A stretch of DNA of 64,000 nucleotides from contig CBDCJV010000002.1 of assembly GCA_965217895.1 (NCBI GenBank), forward strand, positions 3,040,001-3,104,000, in the 5' to 3' direction. The notes under the pieces were generated by a model. The model was not told the origin of the DNA, ran no database searches, and worked only from the letters and a program-made list of their open reading frames with translations. The stretch comes from Waterburya sp. Its GTDB lineage: Bacteria > Cyanobacteriota > Cyanobacteriia > Cyanobacteriales > Xenococcaceae. The position numbers were made by a program, and so were the translations under genes. Below, piece after piece: positions 42,575 through 53,228 of the stretch (position 1 is the first letter of the stretch; every line of letters starts with the position of its first letter).

Positions 42575-42588
42575 GTATTCTAATATAC
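42575..42588 (+). promoter_or_regulatory. Possible NtcA box upstream of the purine permease
   Basis: GTA-TTCTAATA-TAC (GTA-N8-TAC) about 110 bp before the ATG; no clean TAN3T -10 element at canonical spacing. Confidence 0.3.
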
Positions 42589-42700
42589 AAAAAATTAGCA
42601 GCCAAAAGAATATATATAAAAGAGTATACAGTATCCGATATGTCAACTCCTAAGTGTTGCGATCGCTTAATTACCTCAACTTAATTACTAACATATTCAG

Positions 42701-44174
42701 ATGACTCACACAGATGTTCATCAAGAAGGTCATAGCCTGGTAGAATTCCGTTCCCGTCTATTGTATGGCTTAAATGATCGACCTCCATTCAAAGACTCTA
42801 TTTTCGTAGGCTTACAGCACGTTTGCGCTATTTTCATTCCGATTGTAACTCCAGGCTTGCTGATTACGGAGGCATTAGGACTCGATCCAGCTAGAGCTAG
42901 TTATATTTTGGGTATGGCTTTATTCGTTTCAGGGCTTGGTACCTTTATTCAAGTAAATCGATTAGGACCGATTGGCTCTGGTTTGCTTGCCGTTCAAGGA
43001 ACCAGCTTTGCCTTTGTCACGCCAGTTTTGGCAATTGTGTCTACCTCTTTAGCAGCAGGTAAAACGCCCGAAGCAACGCTATCATTAATTTTGGGGCTTT
43101 GTTTCTTGGGATCTTTTATTCCAATCGTCCTCAGTCGCTTTTTGCATCTCACTCGCCAGATTTTCACTCCCCTAGTAACTGGGACTGCCGTGACGCTGAT
43201 TGGATTAACCTTAATCAAGGTTGGTATGTTTTACATGGCAGGGGGCGGGAAAGGCACAGGCGATCGCCCAAACCAACCCAAACAGCCCTCAAGCGTTCGG
43301 TAGTTTGCAGAATTGGGCATTGGCAGTTTCTGTCTTTGCCATTGTCGGAGTTTGCAGTGCTAGTGCTAATCGTTATCTGCGCATGAGTTCAGTGATTATT
43401 GGCTTATTTGTTGGTTTTATTGTTTCGATCTTTTTAGGGATTGCTGACTTTAGCAAGTTAGAAACCCTGCCACTGGTAAATGTTCCGATTCCGTTCCGAT
43501 TTGGTCTAGACTTCAACTTTGTGACATTCATCTCCTTCGCTATCATTTACATCGCTCTTACCCTGGAAGTTTTGGGAGATATTACAGCGACATCAATGGT
43601 TTCATCAGAGCCGATTGAAGGATCGATCTATATCCGCAGGCTCAAAGGAGGCATTTTAGGGGATGGAGTCAATTCGCTGATTGCTTCCATTTGCGGCTCA
43701 TTTCCGATCGTTACCCCTGCTCAGAATAATGGGATTATTCAGCTTACGGGTGTGGGCAGTCGCTATGTAGGCTACTATATTGCTGTTATTCTAATGCTTC
43801 TTGGTTTATTTCCTCTGGTGGGAGGCGTGTTGCTAGCCATTCCCACTTCTGTATTTGGGGGAGCAGTCATGCTGATGTTTGGTACGGTAGCGGTAGCGGG
43901 TTTTAACATCCTACGCTCCATTGACCTTGATAACCGTGCCTTTATTATTCTGGCAATTTCTTTGGCAGCCGGTTTGGGTGTTACTTTTCTTCCAGAAGCA
44001 CTCGAACATTTCCCTGCTGCCGTTCGGAGTGTTTTAGAGTCAGGAATTGCGACAGGTTCTATTTGCGCCCTAGTTCTCAATTTAGTAATGCCGAGAGTGC
44101 CAGAGGAAACCCTAGCGGTGGCAACACATCCAACTGCTGAAGAATCTACCGTACCAATAGAATCAAAAGAATAG
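42701..44174 (+). pseudogene. NCS2 xanthine/uracil permease, frameshifted near 43240-43255
   Basis: ORF1 has GLQHVCA and QGTSFAF; ORF2 has the NAT motif QNNGIIQLTG; the halves join across GCAGGGGGCGGGAAAGG. Confidence 0.8.
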
Positions 44175-44218
44175 CACTGGACACTTCTGGCTTTATGTTG
44201 AACTATTCATGATGCTGA

Positions 44219-44249
44219 TGTCCTTAAGACCGTATATATCTTAAGGACA
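44219..44249. terminator. Hairpin between convergent genes
   Basis: Perfect 11-bp stem TGTCCTTAAGA/TCTTAAGGACA. Confidence 0.5.
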
Positions 44250-44254
44250 GTTAC

Positions 44255-45526
44255 TCAAGATACTTTGGCGATCGCTCTTTCTAATATAGTCGCAGCCTCG
44301 TCAACTTCGGCGGACGAAACTATTAAAGGAGGAACAAAACGCAATACTTTTGTACCTGCGGGGGCAAGGAGTAAACCCTCTTCCATTGCTGCTTTAACTA
44401 AATTAATCGAGGTCAGATCGAGATCGGCACGTAATTCGATGCCGTTGATCAAGCCCCAACCCCGCACCTCAGTAAACAAGGAGGGATATTTTTTGGCGAT
44501 CGCTCTTAGCCTGACTCTTAACTGTTCGCCTCTTGCCTGAACATTGTGCAAAATACCTTCATTTTCTATAGTCTTCAATACGGCTAAAGCAGATGCACAG
44601 GCGAAAGGATTGCCGCCAAAGGTACTGGCGTGATTACCTGGCTCAAATGCTGCACAGGAATCTTTACAGAGCATTGCACCAATGGGAATGCCTCCTGCTA
44701 AACCTTTGGCACTAGTTAAAATATCTGGTTCAACCCCCAACTTCTCGTAACCCCAAAGCTTGCCACTTCTGCCAACGCCGACTTGGACTTCATCAAATAC
44801 CAACAGAATATTATTTTCATCACAGATTTTCCGTAGCTTGAGGAAATATTCTAACTCTCCTGGACGCACGCCGCCTTCACCCTGTAAAGGTTCGATCATA
44901 ATGCCTACTACGCGACTTAAAGTACCTTCATCGAGATCGGCGATCGCATTTTCCACTGCCGTAATATCGTTGTAGGGAACATAGGCAAATCCAGTGGGTA
45001 ATGGCGTAAAGCCCTTTTGATATTTTTCTTGTCCTGTGGCGGTAACGGTTGCTAAAGTACGCCCGTGAAAACTAGCTTTTGCGGTGAGAATAATTGGCTG
45101 TTCAACTTTATCTAAAACAGTGTGGGCATACTTTCTGACTAACTTAATTGCTGCTTCGTTAGCTTCTGCCCCAGAATTGCAGAAAAATACTTTATCCATA
45201 CAGGAATTATTAACTAACCATTCTGCTAATTCTCCCTGTTCGGGAATATAATACAGATTAGAGACGTGGTGTAGCTTGTTGATTTGTTCTGTTACCGCAG
45301 CAATCAAAGCAGGATGAGCATGACCCAAGGTACAGGTAGCAATCCCTGCCACAAAATCAAGATACTCTTTTCCAGTTGTATCCCAAAGACGACAGCCCTC
45401 TCCACGCTCAATCGCAATGGGAAAACGACCATAGGTTGGCATCACGCTTTTATCAAAGCGATCGCGATCAAATTCAGTATTCTGCAAGATAGTTAGAGAA
45501 TTGTCTATAGGTGGGGATTGAACCAT
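44255..45526 (-). CDS. argD: Acetylornithine aminotransferase
   Basis: NSGAEANEAAIK, FHGRT, DEVQVGVGR, SAKGLAGG, HASTFGGNP; probable start MVQSPP. Confidence 0.93.
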   Translation of the reverse strand: MVQSPPIDNSLTILQNTEFDRDRFDKSVMPTYGRFPIAIERGEGCRLWDTTGKEYLDFVAGIATCTLGHAHPALIAAVTEQINKLHHVSNLYYIPEQGELAEWLVNNSCMDKVFFCNSGAEANEAAIKLVRKYAHTVLDKVEQPIILTAKASFHGRTLATVTATGQEKYQKGFTPLPTGFAYVPYNDITAVENAIADLDEGTLSRVVGIMIEPLQGEGGVRPGELEYFLKLRKICDENNILLVFDEVQVGVGRSGKLWGYEKLGVEPDILTSAKGLAGGIPIGAMLCKDSCAAFEPGNHASTFGGNPFACASALAVLKTIENEGILHNVQARGEQLRVRLRAIAKKYPSLFTEVRGWGLINGIELRADLDLTSINLVKAAMEEGLLLAPAGTKVLRFVPPLIVSSAEVDEAATILERAIAKVS

Positions 45527-45687
45527 TAGTTGCTCCTGGATAAAAATTATTTTTTGAGAAAAATACATTTAAAATGGCAGTTGTTATCTGATATCACTCT
45601 TGATTGTTTTGTTCAAAAATCAGACCTGCATCTTAATGTAATCAATTTTAGGCACAACTGTTGTCAAAAATCAGCAGCCAATTTTAC

Positions 45688-46758
45688 ATGTATAGTTATA
45701 CATTTGAGGAAAAGTATGGTCGTTTACGAAAAGAGTTAATACGGGGAGGTGTCGTATTAGCGAGTATTTTATTAATTGGGACTCTTTGGTACTGGAAAGT
45801 TGAGAAGTGGACTTTTATTGAATCAGCCTACATGACCGTAATTACCCTATCCACGGTGGGGTATTCTGAGACTCATCCATTAGGAGAAAGAGGGCGATTA
45901 TTCACCATTACTCTAATTTTAATGGGGTTATTCACCATTGCTTATATCGTTAATCGTTTTACCGAAGCTTTAATTCAGGGATATTTTCAAGAAGGCATCA
46001 AACTAAGACAGGAGAAGAGTTTGATTGAATCTCTAGATCAACACTATATTGTTTGCGGTTTTGGGCGTACTGGTCGTCATGTCGCCCGTGAATTTTTAGC
46101 CGAGGGTATTCCCTTTATTGTTATTGACGACAACATCGAAGAAGTAGAAGAAATTAAACAGTTAGGATACACGGTGATTTTAGGTGACGCTACTTTAGAT
46201 GAATCCTTGGTGCGTGCCAAAATTGATCGAGCAATTTGTATGGTAACGGCACTGCCTTCAGATGCTGAAAATCTCTATACAGTTTTGTCAGCCAAAACCC
46301 TTAATCCGCGTATCAGAGCGATCGCTCGTGCCAGTAATGAAGAAGCGGTACAAAAGTTACAGAGGGCGGGGGCAGATGCGGTAGTTTCCCCTTACATTAC
46401 AGGGGGAAAAAGACTGGCAGCAGCAGCATTAAGACCTCAGGTAATGGACTTTGTTGATGGTATTATTACAGGGTCTAATCGTTCTTACTATCTCGAAGAA
46501 TTTCTCATTGATTCTGAAGCCTGTCCTTTTGTGGGTCAAAGTTTGCGAGAGGCTAAACTGCGATCGCAGACAGGGGCTTTAGTATTGGCAATTCGCCGTT
46601 TTGATGGCAACTTAATTGCTGGTCCAACGGGAGATACTCTTATTTTAGAACGAGACGCTTTAATCTGTATGGGAACAGCAGATCAGCTACGAGATTTAAA
46701 CAAAATTTTAGGTCCAATTAATTCAACTAATGCCCTGAGATTGCCGAAAAATCAATAA
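45688..46758 (+). CDS. Potassium channel with RCK (TrkA-N/C) domains
   Basis: TLSTVGYS selectivity filter; CGFGRTG Rossmann motif; TrkA-C domain. Confidence 0.9.
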   Translation: MYSYTFEEKYGRLRKELIRGGVVLASILLIGTLWYWKVEKWTFIESAYMTVITLSTVGYSETHPLGERGRLFTITLILMGLFTIAYIVNRFTEALIQGYFQEGIKLRQEKSLIESLDQHYIVCGFGRTGRHVAREFLAEGIPFIVIDDNIEEVEEIKQLGYTVILGDATLDESLVRAKIDRAICMVTALPSDAENLYTVLSAKTLNPRIRAIARASNEEAVQKLQRAGADAVVSPYITGGKRLAAAALRPQVMDFVDGIITGSNRSYYLEEFLIDSEACPFVGQSLREAKLRSQTGALVLAIRRFDGNLIAGPTGDTLILERDALICMGTADQLRDLNKILGPINSTNALRLPKNQ

Positions 46759-46774
46759 AACCAATTATTTAGTT

Positions 46775-47446
46775 ATGACGCATATTTTGGTCGTAGAAGA
46801 TGAAGCTAAGTTGGCTCAGTTTATTAAGATGGAATTAGAGTTTGAAGACTATCAGGTAACCCATGCCGCCGATGGCTTTGCTGGCTTGTCTGCTGCTAGA
46901 GAAATTCAACCAGATTTGATTTTGCTTGATTGGATGTTGCCAGGAATCTCAGGACCCGAAATTTGCCGTCGTCTACGTCAGACAGGAGACAAAGTACCAA
47001 TTATTATGCTCACTGCCAAAGATGAAGTCAGCGATCGCGTTTCGGGTTTGGACGCTGGGGCTGATGATTATGTGGTTAAGCCTTTTAGCATCGAAGAGTT
47101 ACTGGCTAGAGTTAGAGCTAGTTTACGTCGTGAGCAAGAAGAGGAAACAGATTTAATTCAGTTTAGCAATCTTACCCTCAATCGTTCTACCCGTGAAGTA
47201 TTTCGCGATCGACGCTCTATTGAATTAACCGCAAAAGAGTTCGATCTACTAGAGTATTTGCTTTCCCATCCTCGTCAAGTATTAACCCGCGATCAAATTT
47301 TAGAAAGAGTTTGGGGTTACGATTTTATGGGGGACTCTAACATTATTGAAGTTTATATTCGCTACCTGCGCCTGAAGCTAGAAGAACAACAAGAACAGCG
47401 TCTGATTCAAACTGTACGCGGTGTGGGATATGTTTTGCGGGAGTAG
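46775..47446 (+). CDS. OmpR-family response regulator
   Basis: REC (DWMLPG, KPF) plus winged helix (EVYIRYLRLKL, TVRGVGY). Confidence 0.93.
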   Translation: MTHILVVEDEAKLAQFIKMELEFEDYQVTHAADGFAGLSAAREIQPDLILLDWMLPGISGPEICRRLRQTGDKVPIIMLTAKDEVSDRVSGLDAGADDYVVKPFSIEELLARVRASLRREQEEETDLIQFSNLTLNRSTREVFRDRRSIELTAKEFDLLEYLLSHPRQVLTRDQILERVWGYDFMGDSNIIEVYIRYLRLKLEEQQEQRLIQTVRGVGYVLRE

Positions 47447-47660
47447 TAATCATTGACCATTGATCAATAATTAAGTTGTAGGGTGGGCAGGAAAAATAAT
47501 TATGTTCTCAATCATTAAAGAATCGCTACCAATGCCCACCAAAGATATTCAGTCTCACTCAGCATCGAGATAATCAGTAATCAGTAATTTAGTTACCTGG
47601 ACTACCGAATTGTCTTTAAACTATAAAGAGAGATAATAGAAAAGATTATTTAAAAAAACT

Positions 47661-48656
47661 ATGGATTTAATTACCCTTGAAAGTATCTTAGACAATGCCT
47701 CCTTTGGAGTATTGTTAGTTACAATGCTGATTTATTGGACTGGGGCAGCTTTTCCCAATCTTCCTTATTTAAGCACTTTAGGAACTACGGGAATGGCGAT
47801 CGCTAACCTGTGTATGGCAACTTTACTAGGTTCTCGCTGGCTAGAAGCTGGTTATTTTCCCCTCAGCAATCTTTATGAATCCTTGTTCTTTTTGGCTTGG
47901 GGTGTGACGGCAATTCACTTTATTGCCGAAAAAATGAGTCGTAGCCGTTTGGTTGGTGTCGTTACTAGCCCTGTAGCAATGGGTATTACCGCATTTGCAG
48001 CCCTAAGTTTGCCTCTAGAAATGCAGGCATCTGCGCCGTTAGTACCTGCCTTAAAATCTAATTGGCTGATGATGCACGTTAGCGTGATGATGCTCAGTTA
48101 TTCTACTTTAATGGTAGGTAGCGCGATCGCGATCGGCTTTTTGATCATCACTCGTGGGCAAAAAGTTGAACTAAAAGGTAGTTCAGTTGGGACTGGTAGT
48201 TTCCGCGAGAGGGTAAAGCAAAAAACTGTCAATACTCCCGATCCAGACAAAGTTTTTGCCAGTACTTCTGGCAATACGGCAGTGCTTGATTTACCAAAGA
48301 CAATAACAAAAACAGCTACTCTTTCTCCAGAACGTCTCACTTTGGCTGATACCTTAGACAATATTAGCTATCGCGTTATTGGTTTAGGGTTTCCTTTATT
48401 AACTATTGGCATTATTGCTGGGGGAGTCTGGGCAAACGAAGCCTGGGGTTCATACTGGAGTTGGGATCCTAAAGAAACTTGGGCGTTCATTACTTGGTTG
48501 GTTTTTGCGGCATATCTCCACGCCAGAATTACCCGCGGCTGGCAGGGAAGAAAGCCTGCAATTTTGGCTGCTGTGGGCTTTGTGGTTGTCTGGGTGTGCT
48601 ATTTAGGAGTTAACTTACTAGGTCAGGGATTACATTCCTATGGTTGGTTTTTGTAA
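47661..48656 (+). CDS. ccsA: Cytochrome c biogenesis protein CcsA (system II)
   Basis: [21 protein letters not shown] motif; MMHV; GLHSYG. Confidence 0.95.
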   Translation: MDLITLESILDNASFGVLLVTMLIYWTGAAFPNLPYLSTLGTTGMAIANLCMATLLGSRWLEAGYFPLSNLYESLFFLAWGVTAIHFIAEKMSRSRLVGVVTSPVAMGITAFAALSLPLEMQASAPLVPALKSNWLMMHVSVMMLSYSTLMVGSAIAIGFLIITRGQKVELKGSSVGTGSFRERVKQKTVNTPDPDKVFASTSGNTAVLDLPKTITKTATLSPERLTLADTLDNISYRVIGLGFPLLTIGIIAGGVWANEAWGSYWSWDPKETWAFITWLVFAAYLHARITRGWQGRKPAILAAVGFVVVWVCYLGVNLLGQGLHSYGWFL

Positions 48657-48708
48657 AGCAGCAATGGGCAGACAGTAGACTTCTTGCACAAATCACAACC
48701 AACTACTT

Positions 48709-48934
48709 TACGCTTAGTGTGAATTAGCTTCGTTTAAATTCGTTGGTTTTTAGCTTTTAGCAAACGCTGGAGCGTTTCGCCGTTGCCAAGCAACGTCGGC
48801 GTTCTCCAGAACGCGCTCTTAGCCACTATGAAAAAGTATAAAGTTTGACTTACTTAGCTACGTAAATACCAAATTTTAATAAACAGAACGTTCAATAGAG
48901 CCATTTTAAGGTTTTTCAATTCACACTAGACGTA
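48709..48934. mobile_element. MITE-like element E (copy 1) with heptamers and a hairpin insert
   Basis: TIR TACGCTTAGTGTGAATT / AATTCACACTAGACGTA. Confidence 0.65.
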
Positions 48935-48939
48935 CTTTA

Positions 48940-49194
48940 CTAAGAGGCATTGGTGACACAAGGTTTGACTAAATCTTCTAATTGTTGCGAAATTACTTTG
49001 TTGTCTACATTCAGATTAGTTTTATTTTGAGGGTGATCTCTGATGCTTTTTTGCTGATGTGCCATTTCATTAAACCACGATCGCATGATTGCCAATCTGT
49101 TTTCACTATCCAGTCTAAAATGCTGCGAACTCTTCGATCTCAGTACATTTGACAAGTTGTACTTTTTTAACTTGTCACCAATGCTTATTACCAA
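48940..49194 (-). CDS. Hypothetical protein
   Basis: 84-aa ORF only; no recognisable motif. Confidence 0.3.
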   Translation of the reverse strand: MVISIGDKLKKYNLSNVLRSKSSQHFRLDSENRLAIMRSWFNEMAHQQKSIRDHPQNKTNLNVDNKVISQQLEDLVKPCVTNAS

Positions 49195-49324
49195 ACTGTA
49201 CCAGGGTGTACCTTACCAAACCGAGAATCGCTATACTATTCGGCAATCAATATAAAGATAAATGTATAGCAATGATGATTAGTGAGTAAATTGGGAATAA
49301 TCAGCTAGTTTGAAAAGATAATTT

Positions 49325-49382
49325 TGGCTATATATAGAGTAATATAAGCTCAATAATATTTTTATGACGCTACATATAGTTA
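49325..49382 (+). promoter_or_regulatory. Tandem NrdR boxes
   Basis: TGGCTATATATAGAGT (49325-49340) and ACGCTACATATAGTTA (49367-49382) resemble acaCwAtATaTwGtgt; 42 bp apart, upstream of nrdA. Confidence 0.65.
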
Positions 49383-49440
49383 ATTTTGGGTTATAGTATA
49401 AACTCAGATCGGCTAAAAAAATTTCAGTCTCACATAACGT

Positions 49441-51933
49441 ATGCAGCCAACCCTACCTTTAACCAGCAACTCCGTATCTAACCCTACTTCAGATTCAGGT
49501 AGATCATCAACTACACTTGACCAACAAATCGATCTGGCTGAGAATTTAGAAAATAAATCATCTTCTCTACCAATCCCTGAAACAGACACTTCAAGCATCC
49601 AAGTGGTTAGAAGAGACGGTTCTTTGACAAACTTGAATATTACCAAGATTCGTTCGGTGGTGGAATGGGCTTGTGCCGAGCAAGATGTTAACTCGATCAC
49701 CCTGGAAGCAGGCTTAACTACCAGACTTCGCAATGGTGTAACCACTAGAGATATTCAAGATAACTTAATTGATTGCGCTTTGGGTATGTGTAGCCCCAGC
49801 GAACCTGAATGGCGATATGTAGCGGGTAGGCTGCATATTTGGAGTTTGTGGAAGGATACTCAGGTAGCCCGTGGGTTTGGCTATGGAGATTATGCTAGGG
49901 CAGTTCAATTTCAGATAGATAAGAAACGCTACGATCGCCATATTTTAAAATATTCTACGGCTGAACTAACCGAAGCTGGTAGTTGGATTAATCCTGAATG
50001 GGACAAAGATTATGATTATGCAGGGGCGGTTTTATTGACTAAACGCTATCTATTAACGGATGAACTTCCTCAAGAGGCTTTTCTTACCTGCGCTTTGTTG
50101 CTAGCTGCTAATGAAAAGCCAGAAATTAGATTAGCCGTTGCTAAAAAGTTTTATCGAGCGATCGCAGGGCGGAAAATTTCTTTGGCAACACCAATTCTAG
50201 CTAACTTAAGAGTACCGAATGGCTCATTAAGTAGCTGCTTTATTATTGCCATGGATGATAATTTAGAAAGCATTTTTGAGGAGATTACTAACGCAGCAAG
50301 AATTTCTAAAAATGGTGGTGGCGTTGGGGTAAACGTCAGCCGTATCCGCGCTACTGGTAGCTGGGTAATGGGGAAAGATAATGCTTCTGGAGGAGTTATT
50401 CCCTGGGTTAAGCTGCTCAACGATACAGCGATCGCCGTTAACCAGGGTGGGCGTAGAGCAGGTGCAGTTACTGTTGGTTTAGATATCTGGCATTTAGATG
50501 TACCTGAGTTTTTGGAAATGCAGGCGGAAAATGGCGATCGCCGTCGCAAAGCCTATGATGTTTTTCCTCAGTTGATAATTGTCGATGAGTTTATGCGTCG
50601 AGTAGAGGCAAAAGAACTCTGGACGCTAGTAGATCCTTATGAGGTTAAAGAGAAATTAGGCATTGACTTAGCCGAGCAATGGGGTGAAAATTTTAACGCG
50701 GTTTATGCTCGCATAGAAGCGGAACTAGCGAGCGACCCCCTAAAGGGTTCGACAGTTCCTACAACGGAGGAAACCTCCGCAACGGACTGTCTCACCGCGT
50801 CGCCGACAGGCTCAAGACAAAGGCTTAAGCCGCATGTACGCGCGAGTGATAAGAAAATTAAGCTATATAAGCAAGTAGATGCCCGCGAATTGTTTAAGCA
50901 TATTATGCGGAGTCAGGTTGAAACGGGAATGCCTTATCTAGCGTTCAAAGATACTATCAATCGAGCAAATCCGAATAAGCATGAAGGCTATATTCCTGGA
51001 GTAAACCTTTGCTGTGAGAGCTTTAGTAACGTCAAGCCAGGATTAGAGGCTCACTGCTGTAATTTAGTATCTCTTAATCTGGCTAATGTAGAGGAGGCAG
51101 AAATAGCGGAGATGTCTCAGCTAGCCGTCAGAATTTTAGACAATACCATCGATATAACTAAGCCTCCTTTTACCGATAGCAAAACCCACAACGATAAATA
51201 TCGCACTATCGGCGTAGGCTGTATGGGATTAGCTGACTGGTTGGCTAAACGCCACCTGACTTATGAAGGCCTAAAGGAAATCAGTTGTCTGTTTGAAGAG
51301 GTAGCTTACTGGTGTACTGCTGCTTCAATGGAATTAGCCAAAGATCGCGGTGCCTATGGAGCTTTTGCGGGTAGCGAATGGAGTCTGGGTAAATTGTTAG
51401 GCTCAAAGTCCTTAGATGAGATTCTCAATATTGCTCAGGATAAAGAACGCTGGGTGCAGCTAGCTCAAGATGTGCAAACTTACGGGATTCGTAATTCTCA
51501 TATTACAGCGATCGCGCCTAATACCTCGTCTTCTTTAGTGCAGGGCTGTACTGCCAGTATTTTGCCCGTCTATAGCAAGTTTTTTTACGATAAATGGGCA
51601 AAAGGAACAGTACCGATTGCTCCACCTTTTATTCAAGAATGTTTTTGGTTCTATCGTGAAAATAAAAGCTTAGATCAGAAAATTGTAGTCAAAGCTGTGG
51701 CGGTAATGCAGCAGTGGATTGATACAGGCATCTCTATGGAGTTACTGTTTAACCTTAATCAAGGAGTATATTTCCCAGATGAACCAGAAAGAGCAGTAAA
51801 AGCCAAAGACATTTTTGAAACTTTAGTAATGGCGTGGAAAGAAGGCTGTAAAGCTGTTTACTATGTCCGCACTGTGCAAAAAGACGATTTCAAAGAGTCT
51901 TCTAGCGAAGGCTGTGCAGCTTGCGCAAATTAA
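49441..51933 (+). CDS. nrdA: Ribonucleoside-diphosphate reductase class I alpha subunit with ATP cone
   Basis: VVRRDG ATP cone, LSSCF, NLCCE, IAPNTSSS, VYYVR, C-terminal CAAC. Confidence 0.95.
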   Translation: MQPTLPLTSNSVSNPTSDSGRSSTTLDQQIDLAENLENKSSSLPIPETDTSSIQVVRRDGSLTNLNITKIRSVVEWACAEQDVNSITLEAGLTTRLRNGVTTRDIQDNLIDCALGMCSPSEPEWRYVAGRLHIWSLWKDTQVARGFGYGDYARAVQFQIDKKRYDRHILKYSTAELTEAGSWINPEWDKDYDYAGAVLLTKRYLLTDELPQEAFLTCALLLAANEKPEIRLAVAKKFYRAIAGRKISLATPILANLRVPNGSLSSCFIIAMDDNLESIFEEITNAARISKNGGGVGVNVSRIRATGSWVMGKDNASGGVIPWVKLLNDTAIAVNQGGRRAGAVTVGLDIWHLDVPEFLEMQAENGDRRRKAYDVFPQLIIVDEFMRRVEAKELWTLVDPYEVKEKLGIDLAEQWGENFNAVYARIEAELASDPLKGSTVPTTEETSATDCLTASPTGSRQRLKPHVRASDKKIKLYKQVDARELFKHIMRSQVETGMPYLAFKDTINRANPNKHEGYIPGVNLCCESFSNVKPGLEAHCCNLVSLNLANVEEAEIAEMSQLAVRILDNTIDITKPPFTDSKTHNDKYRTIGVGCMGLADWLAKRHLTYEGLKEISCLFEEVAYWCTAASMELAKDRGAYGAFAGSEWSLGKLLGSKSLDEILNIAQDKERWVQLAQDVQTYGIRNSHITAIAPNTSSSLVQGCTASILPVYSKFFYDKWAKGTVPIAPPFIQECFWFYRENKSLDQKIVVKAVAVMQQWIDTGISMELLFNLNQGVYFPDEPERAVKAKDIFETLVMAWKEGCKAVYYVRTVQKDDFKESSSEGCAACAN
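50728..50846 (+). mobile_element. Hairpin composite element inserted in frame in nrdA
   Basis: GCGAGCGACCCC...GCGCGAG, shared with intergenic copies at 38278-38472 and 52055-52247. Confidence 0.8.
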
Positions 51934-51949
51934 TGTTTGTTGACTATCT

Positions 51950-52475
51950 TACGTTTAGTGTGAATTAAAAGGGTTCAATTTTCTCTTTTTATCGGAAATT
52001 TAACTTTGAAAACCAGAATATAATACTGGGGGAACTTTCCACTACTACCCCACTCTCGCGCATTCCCAAGCCAGTCCGTTGCGGGTCTGTGACCCGTTGA
52101 AGGAACTGGCGTTTGCGCCTGACGGCGACGCGGTGAGACAGTTGCGGTGGTGAGACACTTGCGTTGCGGGTCTATGACCCGTTGAGCAAAGTGTTGAAAG
52201 GTTTCACCGGCATAAGCAAACTGTCGAACCCTTTAGGGGTCGCTCGCCTGTTGGGGACGTTACGACCCTCCCCAAAGCCGAGGCAACGTGGGGCGAATGT
52301 ATTCGCCCCTTTAAGTGCCGTCTTCCGTAAACATTAACCCTAACTTTTGCCTTGCCAAATAATCTCTAATCATCTAGATAAATAATTGAATTTGCTTTTT
52401 GCAAAATCTTGTTACTCTTTGAAATATTAGGCTTTTATAAGCTGATCATAAAAAAGCTAATTCACATCAGACGTA
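51950..52475. mobile_element. MITE-like element E (copy 2) carrying the hairpin composite at 52055-52247 (minus strand)
   Basis: TIR TACGTTTAGTGTGAATTA / TAATTCACATCAGACGTA; same family as 48709-48934. Confidence 0.65.
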
Positions 52476-52548
52476 TATTACTTTTAATTCAATTGTTTTG
52501 AACATTTGGCTTCTGGTCATTAATAATTCTTGCGTAAGTTCTATAATT

Positions 52549-53228
52549 TAGGGAAGCTAACTGTGAAGCGAAAGTATCAGAGATTAGTGTTGACGGAGGA
52601 AAAGTACGTCTGAGAACGGAACGCAAAGGCCAATCCTGTATCTGGAGAGACTATAAAGCAGTCTGTATTGATTCACAATCAAGAATGGCATGGTTTCAGG
52701 AGAATGAAGAACTAGTTAAAGGGGTCAATCAGCAACCCTTTGATGTGTGTTGAATTGTGTGGCAGATGGTCATCAAGGAATTTGGAATCTAATGAACCAG
52801 TTCAATCGCGAAGGTGAAACTAGACAAATTCTAGACTGGTTTCATCTCGTAGAGAATCTTTATAAAGTCGGCGGTTCAAATAAACGCATCGAGCAAGGAA
52901 AAAGTCTTTTATGGCAGGGAAAAGTTAATGAAACTTTAGCTTTATTTTCGCCTTTAAAAAAGAAACAAGCACAAAACTTTTGTACTTATTTAGAAAATCA
53001 TCGCGATCGCATTGTCAACTATGATTATTATCAAGCAGAAAATATTTGTGCCATTGCTTCAGGTGGGGTGGAGTCTACCGTTAAGCAGATAGACCGAAGA
53101 CTAAAAATTTCAGGCGCGCAATGGAAAATTGAAAATGTACCACAAGTCTTAAAACATCGATGCGCCTATCTCAACAATACTCTTTTTACTCAGTAGTACT
53201 TATGTTCTTGCATAATTGACTTGCTCCC
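52549..53228 (+). pseudogene. ISKra4-family transposase remnant (5' truncated, frameshift near 52745)
   Basis: SVDGGKVRLRT...WRDYKAV; DGHQGIWN, LDWFHLVENL, SGGVESTVKQIDRRLKISGAQW; probable right end ...TTGCTCCC. Confidence 0.8.

Noticed and set aside
50751..50791. Group II intron domain V resemblance of the hairpin modules
   Set aside because: No conserved AGC/CGC triad with the 2-nt bulge geometry and no adjacent intron domains or RT gene; resemblance is superficial
50728..50846. Intein or self-splicing intron in nrdA
   Set aside because: Only ~38 aa, with no N-terminal Cys/Ser plus C-terminal His-Asn splice motifs and no recognisable intron core; it matches a dispersed repeat instead
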